Shown here piece by piece: positions 37,190 through 44,913 of a stretch of 64,000 nucleotides of DNA (its first letter is position 1; every line of letters starts with the position of its first letter). A program made the position numbers and the translations under genes. A model generated the notes under the pieces. That model saw nothing but the letters and a program-made list of their open reading frames with translations. It searched no databases and was not told where the DNA came from. This DNA is from Gemmatimonadales bacterium (GTDB lineage Bacteria > Gemmatimonadota > Gemmatimonadetes > Gemmatimonadales > GWC2-71-9), in assembly GCA_036390255.1 (NCBI GenBank), contig DASWCE010000089.1, forward strand, positions 1,367-65,366, in the 5' to 3' direction.

Positions 37190-38657
37190 GGACCTCGCAG
37201 CCCTCCAGAAGCGCCTGCAACAAGCGCTCGGACAGGAATTTACCGTTGGCCCCCTGCTGGGTGAGGGGGGCTTCGCCGCGGTGTTCCGCGCGCGCGACAA
37301 CGTGTTGAATCGCGATGTCGCGGTGAAGGTGCTGGATGTGGAGCTCGCGCCGTCGTCAGTGGTCGCGGAGCGCTTCTTGCGCGAAGCGCAGACCGTCGCG
37401 CGCCTCGAGCATCCGCACATCGTGCCGATCTACAAGGTCGGCCGGCAGGCAGAAATCTTCTACCTCATCATGCGGTGCATCGACGGGCCGTCGTTGCGCC
37501 AATTGCTCGATACCCAGAAGAAGCTTTCTGTGGGCGATGCCGCGCGCATCGCGCGCCAGGTGGCTGATGCGCTCGCCTACGCGCACAGCCACGAGGTCGT
37601 GCACCGCGACATCAAGCCCGACAACATCTTGCTCGACAAGAGCGGCCATGCGCTGGTGACCGACTTCGGGATCGCCAAAGCCGCACAAGCGGCCCAGGCG
37701 GCCACGCCCGGGTCTCCCCGGCTCACCAGCGAGGGGATGATCGTCGGGACGCCCGAATACATGAGCCCCGAGCAGGCGTCGGACGACAGCCTCGACGGCC
37801 GATCGGACATCTACTCCCTCGGCATCGTCCTCTACCAGATGCTTGCCGGATCGCCGCCGTTCGAGGGTCCCTCTTCGGCCGGGATTCTCGCCCAGCAGCT
37901 CACCGAGGAGCCGGACCCGATCCGCCGCCACCGCCCCGACGTGCCGGAAGAAATGGCCGTGGTGCTGGACAAGATGCTGCAAAAGAATCGCAGCAAGCGC
38001 TTTCAGATGGCGAGCGAGGTCAGCCGTGCGCTGGTTGGCGCACTGCCGACCGCAGCGCGCGATCGCGTGCATATACCGCTGCGGCGCCGATTGCGGTCGA
38101 TGTTTTACCGGTCGCTGGTCGGTCTGAGCGTGGCAGGATGCCTCTTGTCCATTGCATTCGCAGGGGGCGCAGCCGCCGTGGCGTACTATGTGTTCAGCAA
38201 ACCGCCCCGCATCGCGGCGCATGCACCCCTTCCGGACAGCCTGGCGCGGATGCTGCGCGCTCGGGGCGCGCTCGTCGCGGGCGACGTCGCGCGGTACGCC
38301 TACGAGCCCGCCGGCCAAGAAGACTCGACGTTGTTGCTCCTCACGCGCCACCGCATTGTCGTCGTGACGCCGCATCAAGTGCGGTCCTACGCACGCGACA
38401 GCGTCCGGCGGGACATAAATCTCGAGATTCACGGCGGATTGTCGTTTCGGCTGGTGATTTATGCGGCGCGAATCGCGGATACCGTTTATCGAAGCCTCTC
38501 GTTCCGCGACATGATGCAGCTGCGCCCGCAACTCAATCGGACCGAAGACGCGATCGCTGCGCCCCGCGCTCGCCCTCGGCCCCGTCCTACCGCTCCTTCC
38601 AAGCCATTGCCGCGGGCCCGCGCCCGCAAGCGGACTGGGACGCGCCGGCGCCCCTAG
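37188..38657 (+). CDS. Hanks-type Ser/Thr protein kinase with TM helix and C-terminal extracytoplasmic domain
   Basis: MDLAALQKRLQQALGQEFTVGPLLGEGGFAAVFRARD, VAVKVL, HRDIKPDNIL, DFGIA, SPEQ. The N-terminus resembles the other kinases in the window. ATG 37113 is an alternative start. Confidence 0.85.
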   Translation: MDLAALQKRLQQALGQEFTVGPLLGEGGFAAVFRARDNVLNRDVAVKVLDVELAPSSVVAERFLREAQTVARLEHPHIVPIYKVGRQAEIFYLIMRCIDGPSLRQLLDTQKKLSVGDAARIARQVADALAYAHSHEVVHRDIKPDNILLDKSGHALVTDFGIAKAAQAAQAATPGSPRLTSEGMIVGTPEYMSPEQASDDSLDGRSDIYSLGIVLYQMLAGSPPFEGPSSAGILAQQLTEEPDPIRRHRPDVPEEMAVVLDKMLQKNRSKRFQMASEVSRALVGALPTAARDRVHIPLRRRLRSMFYRSLVGLSVAGCLLSIAFAGGAAAVAYYVFSKPPRIAAHAPLPDSLARMLRARGALVAGDVARYAYEPAGQEDSTLLLLTRHRIVVVTPHQVRSYARDSVRRDINLEIHGGLSFRLVIYAARIADTVYRSLSFRDMMQLRPQLNRTEDAIAAPRARPRPRPTAPSKPLPRARARKRTGTRRRP

Positions 38658-39460
38658 GGACGACGACCCGGTGCGGGTTCGCGCGTGGACAACCCGTACA
38701 GGCTCAACGCGCCGATCCGGGAGACGTCACCCGGTGTGGTGGCGATGAGTCCACCCCGATCCAGCCCGCCTATCGAGAATCCGAACGCAAAGGCGCCGCG
38801 TCGGAGTCCGCCGTCCGTGTCGAGTCGCGCGATGATCTCGATGGGCCAGCGCGACGCTGTTGCGGCGCGCCAGCTCGCGCCGAACGCGTACGACGCCACG
38901 GAGTCGGGGGTGATCCGCGCGTCCGCCGAGAGTCCTACCGTGGGGAGTGGCGGCGGCTGCCAGGTGAAGCCGGGAACGAACGTCAACCGCTGGCGCAAAC
39001 CGCGCACGATCGGCTGGCCGAGATTCGTCGCCACCAAGGCGACGGTGAGGCTCGGAAGCGCGATGTATGAGGTGCCGAGATCCCAGCCCGTCGCGTGGGT
39101 GCCCCCGCCCTCGTAGCGCGCGATGTCGAAGCCGGCCGCGAGGCCGCCGGACCCTCCCGCCAGACCCAGCCGGTAGGTGTTCCCCCGCAGGCCATTGTCG
39201 AAGATGTCACGCTGATACCCGAACGACAGGCCGCGCGAGTTGAACCCGGCATTGATCTGTTGCAGTCGTCCTTTCGCTCCCGGATCGCCGACGGCGAGTT
39301 CTGCATAGATCGAGGCGTCGCGCTGCATGGCCAGCCTCGCGGGATTGACCCAAATGGCGCGGGCATCCTGAACATTCGTAGGAAAGAGATACGCGTTGGC
39401 GCGGTTGGGAGCGACTTGCTGTGCGACGGCCGAACGGCCAGACGCTCCGAAGGCCAGCAC
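38654..39460 (-). CDS. Hypothetical secreted protein, possibly outer-membrane beta-barrel
   Basis: Alternating Gly/aromatic beta-strand-like pattern (GLSFGYQ, YRLGLAGG, AFAFGFSIGG). The signal peptide is complete only if translation starts at CTG 39487 (LRHARAFFLVLAFGASGRSAVAQQ). Confidence 0.5.
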   Translation of the reverse strand: MLAFGASGRSAVAQQVAPNRANAYLFPTNVQDARAIWVNPARLAMQRDASIYAELAVGDPGAKGRLQQINAGFNSRGLSFGYQRDIFDNGLRGNTYRLGLAGGSGGLAAGFDIARYEGGGTHATGWDLGTSYIALPSLTVALVATNLGQPIVRGLRQRLTFVPGFTWQPPPLPTVGLSADARITPDSVASYAFGASWRAATASRWPIEIIARLDTDGGLRRGAFAFGFSIGGLDRGGLIATTPGDVSRIGALSLYGLSTREPAPGRRP

Positions 39461-39483
39461 GAGGAAGAACGCGCGCGCGTGCC

Positions 39484-40374
39484 TCAGGGCAGGACCGTCA
39501 CCGTCGTTTTCGACACCTGCGTCCGTGGAATCGTCATCGCCTGAATCGGCAGCGTGATCGTCATCGCTGTCGAATCGCGCGATTCGCCGCCCAGATAGCG
39601 GCCGTCCACGGCGACAAAATCGGTGCCGCTCCGGACGCCGCTGCCCGCGACCTCGAACGGCTGGCCGGCCTGTTGCCCGGTCCCCCGGATCGTGAAGTCA
39701 GACGTGACGTCCACGCGTAGCGCCCGCGTGGCCGCCCGATCCTCCCACGCGACCGCATGTGATCGGTTGATGCTCGTGACGGTCACGCTACCCGCGGCCC
39801 GATCGTTCTCGGTTACCGTGTCGGTCCAAGTCGCGCCGAGGGTGAGACCACTGGGGGGGAACCGCGGGAAGAAGTTCTTGAACGAGCCGACCACCGGCGC
39901 CAGGGATTGGGCAGCCGTGCTGTCGGATGTCCTCTGGTTGCGGAACTCGCCCTTGGGCGTCAGCCGGCCGGCAAACGAGAGTGCCTTGGCGGCGCCGAGG
40001 TTGATGCCCATTGGCGCCGTGGTGCCCGAGTCCACGACGATAGAATCGATCGTGATCGTCGTCGGGTACCCACCGGTATCGGCCGGCCCGGTGATCGTGA
40101 CGGCGAAGAACGCGCGCAGTCCGAAATCCAGCGGCTGGCGCATACCCTGAAATTCCTGGTCGATGTGGATGACCTGGTGCATCACGTACCGCAGTGCGCT
40201 CGGCCCCAGCCGGACTGCGCCATCCGCGCGACCCGGGGGGGGCGGGGGGAGCGGGACCGGGAGCGGTGGAGGTGGAGCTGGCGCGGGATTGGCCGGTGTC
40301 GGATTGGCCGGAGAGTGTTTTGGGCCGCAGCTAAGCGCACTGAGTGCAGCTGCCACGAACAGGACGCGACGCAT
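39484..40374 (-). CDS. Hypothetical lipoprotein with Pro-rich linker
   Basis: MRRVLFVAAALSALSCGPK lipobox, then ANPTPANPAPAPPPPLPVPLPPPPP. No recognisable domain. Confidence 0.6.
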   Translation of the reverse strand: MRRVLFVAAALSALSCGPKHSPANPTPANPAPAPPPPLPVPLPPPPPGRADGAVRLGPSALRYVMHQVIHIDQEFQGMRQPLDFGLRAFFAVTITGPADTGGYPTTITIDSIVVDSGTTAPMGINLGAAKALSFAGRLTPKGEFRNQRTSDSTAAQSLAPVVGSFKNFFPRFPPSGLTLGATWTDTVTENDRAAGSVTVTSINRSHAVAWEDRAATRALRVDVTSDFTIRGTGQQAGQPFEVAGSGVRSGTDFVAVDGRYLGGESRDSTAMTITLPIQAMTIPRTQVSKTTVTVLP

Positions 40375-40377
40375 CCG

Positions 40378-40596
40378 CTATTCCTTCGTCTTGGTACGCC
40401 CGAAAATGGCCACGACCTCAGTCTCCTCGCTCATGACCTTGAGGAGTTTCCACCCGCGCCGACGCATGTCGGTGCGCCAGCCGATGAGCTTCTCCCATTC
40501 TTCAGCGGTCGTTCGAAAGACGCGCAAATCCGCGACATTCTCCCAATGGGGAGGATACGGCGTGGACGAAGGGGGCTTGTGGGGCGTGGCGCTCAC
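40378..40596 (-). CDS. Small hypothetical protein (72 aa), doubtful
   Basis: GTG start 6 nt after the rnpB 3' end, with no visible Shine-Dalgarno. The stop lies 3 nt before the next gene's start. Third-position GC is about 76 percent by my count. Confidence 0.4.
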   Translation of the reverse strand: MSATPHKPPSSTPYPPHWENVADLRVFRTTAEEWEKLIGWRTDMRRRGWKLLKVMSEETEVVAIFGRTKTKE

Positions 40597-40602
40597 AGAG
40601 GA

Positions 40603-40977
40603 GGAAGTGGTGAGACCATAAGCCGAGTTCTGTTTACTCGTTGGTACGAGCAGATGGTCATCTCTCTGGGATAGCTGTCGCCAGCCATCTCGTGCGGCCT
40701 ACCCGCAGCTCGAACGACCCGGGCCGGGTCTCGCTGCTTATTTGGCCTTGCTCCGACCGGGGGTTGCCGTGCCGCGCCTGTTGCCAGACGCGCGGTGGGC
40801 TCTTACCCCACCGTTTCACCCTTACCCTTTGGATACAAGGGCGGTCTGTTCTCTGTGGCCCTGTTCCGTCGCCTCTCGGCGCCCAGGCGTTACCTGGCGG
40901 TCTGCCCTGTGGAGCTCGGACTTTCCTCGAATGGCCCCTGCAGCCGGCCACCCGCGACCATCGGACCCACCACTTCC
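40603..40977 (-). ncRNA. rnpB: RNase P RNA, bacterial type A
   Basis: The reverse strand reads GGAAGUGGUGGGUCC..CGAGGAAAGUCCGAGCUCCACAGGGCAGACCGCCAGGUAACGCCUGGG..GGGUAAGGGUGAAACGGUGGGGUAAGAGCCCACCGCG..GGAGCAAGGCCAAAUA..ACAGAACUCGGCUUAUGGUCUCACCACUUCC. All universally conserved blocks are present. P1 is formed by 40977-40963 pairing with 40617-40603. No credible ORF in the region. Confidence 0.9.
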
Positions 40978-41018
40978 AGGCTGGGAAGTTACCGGCCACT
41001 GGGGCCGGCGGGCAAGGC

Positions 41019-42821
41019 TTACTTCGCAAAGCGCCTGATCACGCGACCCAAACTGTCGGTCGCGGCGCCGTCGAGCCAAAACCCTGCATGCTCGGTGAAC
41101 GCGGCGAATCGCAGGCGCGACAATTCGGCTGGCGCGAATGTCGCGCGCGCGGGCTCGAGGCCGATGGCGGAGAGCGCGAAGACTTGGCGCGCGCGATAGC
41201 GCCGCATCAACGCCGGCCGCGTGTCCTCACGCAGCCAGAGCAGAACGGGCGCGTCGGGGCTCGAGAACCCGCGCAGCAAGCCGAGCGAGAACCAGTCGGC
41301 GGGCACTGCGCGGGCGTGAAAGGCAAATCGCAGGTCAGGACGCAGGCGCCGCAGCTCACCGCGCAGCGCCAACGCGCGCTCGGCGACCGCGTCCTCGAGC
41401 CCCTGGACATAGCGGCTCAACCAGCCGCGCTCGAGCAGCGTGTCGTAGCGAACCGCCGGTGGCAGCGCGGCGAGGCGGTCCACCTCGGCACGATCCAGAC
41501 CCAGCGTCGCCAAACCAACGCGATAATCGGCATCGCAAAAGCCGCTGCCGCCAAAGGACATCATCGCGCTGTCGAGGTCCAATGCGACGCCGGTGATCAC
41601 CTCGGCTTTGATCGCGCCCGCCCCCAGCCGTGCGAGCACGCGATACGTGGGGCGTAAGCCATTGCGCCAGTACAGCGAGTCGAGCCCACAGGGAATTCGT
41701 GTCAGCTCGCCATGCCGGTCGACTTCGTTCGCTCCGTCCGAGGAAATCGCCGAGAGTGCAGCGGCCGGAAACCAGCGGATACTCGTGGCCTGCAGCCGTT
41801 CGCCCGTAATCTTCCAAAGGTTGCGAGTGCTGATCGTATCGGTGACAGCGGCTTGTGGGATCGGCGTCGCGAGCGCATTCAGCGCCGCGACGTCGACGAA
41901 TCGCAACAGCGAATCGAGCGACCAGAGCGTAAATCGGCTCCACAGTCCGCGCTGCCCCTGCCGGTGGACCCAGCTGGGGACCGAAATGGCTTCGCCCGCT
42001 TCCCCTTTGGAATTGACCGGTTCCGGCAGAGCGATCGCCTCAGCTCCCGCGGGGGGGGCCAGCATCGGGGGGTGCTCCGTGACACGCTGTGGAGCCTCGT
42101 CGAGCTGCAGCGGGGTGGCATGTGTCGCCGCGCCGACGCTCGCCCATTCTGCCGGTCGCCGCGTCCAGCGGGCAAGCGCCACGAGGAAGGCGCGCGTCGC
42201 GGCATTGGTGTCGGCGGCGGCCAGCAAGTTGCGGCTCGCGACAACAATGAGTCCGTCTCGTGCGCGGCTTGCCGCTACCACCGCGGCGTTGGGCGCGCGC
42301 GCCAGCGTCTGGCTGCGATCGCGGACCGCGAGCGGGCGATTGCGGCCGGCCGGGAATGGCGCGAAGCCTGCGTTGTCGAGCGCCGAATGCGGGAGGGGCG
42401 TCGCCGAGATCTCCAGCGCGCGCGGATCCTCGCCGATCACGACGCCGGCGCCCTGCGCCGCCAGCCACTGGTTCATGACCCGGCGATCCTCTTCACCGTC
42501 GGTGTAGCCGAGGACGACGACGCCGTCTCGGTGGATCCATTCGGTGAGAATCGCGAGGTCGCCGATGGTCAGCGCGTCGGACCGGCCGCCGGGCTCCCGC
42601 CCGCCGAGCAGCAGGAGCGTGCGATAGCGACCCAGATCTGAACGCGTGAGATGGGGATAGAAGCGGCGGTACTCCACGTGATAGCCGGCGGCATGCCAGG
42701 GCGCCGCCGTCGCGTCCAGCGTCAGCGGGTCAGCGAGTGTCAGATCGACCAAGAGAAGCCGGCGTGCCTCCGATTGGCAGCCCGCGATCAATGCCAGCAG
42801 GAGGAGACCGGGAATCCTCAC
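41019..42821 (-). CDS. Large hypothetical lipoprotein
   Basis: 600 aa. MRIPGLLLLALIAGCQ lipobox. GTGA overlap with the upstream DmpA-like stop. No motif I can name with confidence. Confidence 0.65.
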   Translation of the reverse strand: MRIPGLLLLALIAGCQSEARRLLLVDLTLADPLTLDATAAPWHAAGYHVEYRRFYPHLTRSDLGRYRTLLLLGGREPGGRSDALTIGDLAILTEWIHRDGVVVLGYTDGEEDRRVMNQWLAAQGAGVVIGEDPRALEISATPLPHSALDNAGFAPFPAGRNRPLAVRDRSQTLARAPNAAVVAASRARDGLIVVASRNLLAAADTNAATRAFLVALARWTRRPAEWASVGAATHATPLQLDEAPQRVTEHPPMLAPPAGAEAIALPEPVNSKGEAGEAISVPSWVHRQGQRGLWSRFTLWSLDSLLRFVDVAALNALATPIPQAAVTDTISTRNLWKITGERLQATSIRWFPAAALSAISSDGANEVDRHGELTRIPCGLDSLYWRNGLRPTYRVLARLGAGAIKAEVITGVALDLDSAMMSFGGSGFCDADYRVGLATLGLDRAEVDRLAALPPAVRYDTLLERGWLSRYVQGLEDAVAERALALRGELRRLRPDLRFAFHARAVPADWFSLGLLRGFSSPDAPVLLWLREDTRPALMRRYRARQVFALSAIGLEPARATFAPAELSRLRFAAFTEHAGFWLDGAATDSLGRVIRRFAK

Positions 42822-44011
42822 CGCGACGACTCAATCAGCCGGTTGTACTTCCGGAGCGCGGCGCGGAGGCGCTCGTGGGGCAAGGCGTAGACCCGCAAGC
42901 CATTGATTCCGGTCATCGTTTCGGCTGCTACCATCGCGTTGACGATCGCTTCTTCCGTCGCCTGAATGGTGGCCTGGAAGAGCGGGTCGATCCGTTCGTT
43001 TGGCAGCATTGTCAAGCTGACATTCGCATCAGGCTTTGCCGCGCCCGGGTTGGCGGTCGAAAAAGCGACGAAGATATCGCCGGAGGGATTGCCACCGGTC
43101 CCGCCCAACCGGCCGACGCCGAGCGCGGCACGCTTGGCGATGCGCTTGAGTTGATGCGGCAGCAACGGCGCGTCGGTGGCGATCACGATGATGATCGATC
43201 CCCTTTCGGCATCGGGCGCTGGGGGGGCGCAGCGGCGACTTCCGGCTCGCGCCGTGCTCGGAATCGAGTCGTAGCAGGGCAGCAGATCGGGAATTTCTTG
43301 TCCGATCGGCACCCCCGCGATCGACAGGCGCGCGCGCGAGCCGTAGTTGCATTGGACGAGCACACCCACGGTGTACCCGCCTCGGTCCGCCGGGAGCCGC
43401 CGTGATGCGGTCCCGATCCCGCCCTTGAACTGGTTGCAGATCATTCCGGTGCCGCCGCCCACGCTGCCCTCGGTGACCGGACCGCCATGCGCGCTGTCGA
43501 GCGCGGCGAACGCATCCCGCTTGGCGACGTGAAAACCGTTGATGTCGTTGAGCGCGCCGTCCCACGTCTCGGCGACGACGGGGAGCGACCAGGCGAATTC
43601 GAAGCCTTTGTGCACTAGCCATTCGATGACGGCGTCGCGCACGACGCCGACACTATGCGTGTTCGTGATCATCACCGGCCCCGCGAGGAATCCCGATTCC
43701 TCGAGCCAGGTGGTGCCCGTCATCTCGCCATTGCCATTGAGCGTGAACCAGCCGCCGAAGACGGGGTCACCGTTCGTCGGGCCGCGTGGGAAGATCGCGG
43801 TGACCCCGGTGCGGACCGGCCCCTGGCCGACGACCAGCTTCCCCTGCCCTCTGATGATTGTGCTGTGCCCAACCGTCACACCGGCCACGTCGGTGATGGC
43901 GTTGAGCGGGCCGGGTGTCCCGTCGAACGGCACGCCCAAGTCGCGGGCGCGGGGACGACCTTGCGCCGGGAGGAAGGAGGGGACAAGGAGCAGCGCGAGC
44001 AGCCATCGCAT
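42818..44011 (-). CDS. DmpA/S58-family (P1) aminopeptidase-like secreted protein
   Basis: 397 aa. Signal MRWLLALLLVPSFLPAQG, N-terminal ..LNAITDVAGVTVGHSTI.. and GGTGMICNQFKGGIGTAS segments resembling the DmpA family. Confidence 0.75.
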   Translation of the reverse strand: MRWLLALLLVPSFLPAQGRPRARDLGVPFDGTPGPLNAITDVAGVTVGHSTIIRGQGKLVVGQGPVRTGVTAIFPRGPTNGDPVFGGWFTLNGNGEMTGTTWLEESGFLAGPVMITNTHSVGVVRDAVIEWLVHKGFEFAWSLPVVAETWDGALNDINGFHVAKRDAFAALDSAHGGPVTEGSVGGGTGMICNQFKGGIGTASRRLPADRGGYTVGVLVQCNYGSRARLSIAGVPIGQEIPDLLPCYDSIPSTARAGSRRCAPPAPDAERGSIIIVIATDAPLLPHQLKRIAKRAALGVGRLGGTGGNPSGDIFVAFSTANPGAAKPDANVSLTMLPNERIDPLFQATIQATEEAIVNAMVAAETMTGINGLRVYALPHERLRAALRKYNRLIESSR

Positions 44012-44863
44012 TCAGGTCACCAATGCATAGGGAAGCAGGGCGTGCCGCATGTCGGCGGCTGTTTGCCAGCGCGCCTCGCGCGCCTTGGAGAGCGCCTTCA
44101 TCACCGCATCGCTGAGCGCGCGCGGCACATCACGCCGCAACTTGCGCAGGTCGGGCGGAGGCGCATGCTGCTGCATGTCGAGCACCGCGGCCGCGCTCGC
44201 GGCGGCAAACGGGGGCCGGCCCGCTAGCGCTTCGAACAGCACGACGCCAAGAGAATAGATATCGGTCCGGCCGTCGATATCGGGCGAGCCGCCGGCCTGC
44301 TCGGGGCTCATGTACTCCTCCGTGCCAACGACGAAGCCGCTGCGGGTCACACGGTCCTCGCCGGAGTGGGCGATCGCCCGCGCGATCCCAAAATCGACCA
44401 GGATCGCGCCGCCTCCCTCGGCCGACAGCACGATGTTGTCCGGCTTGATATCGCGATGCGCGAGACCCTTCTCGTGGGCGTGTCCCAGCGCGTCGAGGAC
44501 CTCGGTGGCGGCGCGGACGGCGCGATCGATTGGGAGCATGCGCTCGCGGCGCAGCAATTGCCGCAGCGTCTCGCCGGCAACGAACGGCATCACGAACCAG
44601 AGCAGGTAATCGGTTTCGCCGGAATCGAGTAGCGGCGCGATGTGCGGGTGGTCGAGCGTGGAGGCGTAGCGGATCTCACGCAGAAACCGGTCGGCGGCGA
44701 CGGAGACCGCGAGCTCGGGATGCAGCACCTTGATCGCGACCCTGCGACCGTCTCTATCGAAGGCGCCGTAGAGCGTGGCATTGCCGCCGCGCCCCACCGC
44801 GGTGATGACGTTATAGCGGTCGCCCAGCGCCTGGCGGACCCGCCCGATCAGTTCCCGAGCCAT
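44012..44863 (-). CDS. Hanks-type Ser/Thr kinase, catalytic domain only (283 aa)
   Basis: GRGGNATLYGAFD, VAIKVL, HRDIKPDNIV, DFGIA, SPEQ. No TM or sensor domain. The stop abuts the next gene's start (44012/44011). Confidence 0.85.
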   Translation of the reverse strand: MARELIGRVRQALGDRYNVITAVGRGGNATLYGAFDRDGRRVAIKVLHPELAVSVAADRFLREIRYASTLDHPHIAPLLDSGETDYLLWFVMPFVAGETLRQLLRRERMLPIDRAVRAATEVLDALGHAHEKGLAHRDIKPDNIVLSAEGGGAILVDFGIARAIAHSGEDRVTRSGFVVGTEEYMSPEQAGGSPDIDGRTDIYSLGVVLFEALAGRPPFAAASAAAVLDMQQHAPPPDLRKLRRDVPRALSDAVMKALSKAREARWQTAADMRHALLPYALVT

Positions 44864-44913
44864 CGCGGCTCAATAGGCGGCCCCGCAAGGCAAAAAGGAA
44901 GGGTGCGACGGTT

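Noticed and set aside
40235-40249. Homopolymeric G8/C8 tracts inside CDS as possible phase-variation switches: 11187-11194, 27183-27190, 27282-27289, 40235-40242 plus G6 at 40244-40249, and 42051-58.
   Set aside because: With roughly one third G and one third C, my rough estimate is that several to about ten runs of 8 are expected by chance in 64 kb. All observed runs are in frame, encoding Gly/Pro in low-complexity linkers, and none sits near a start codon.
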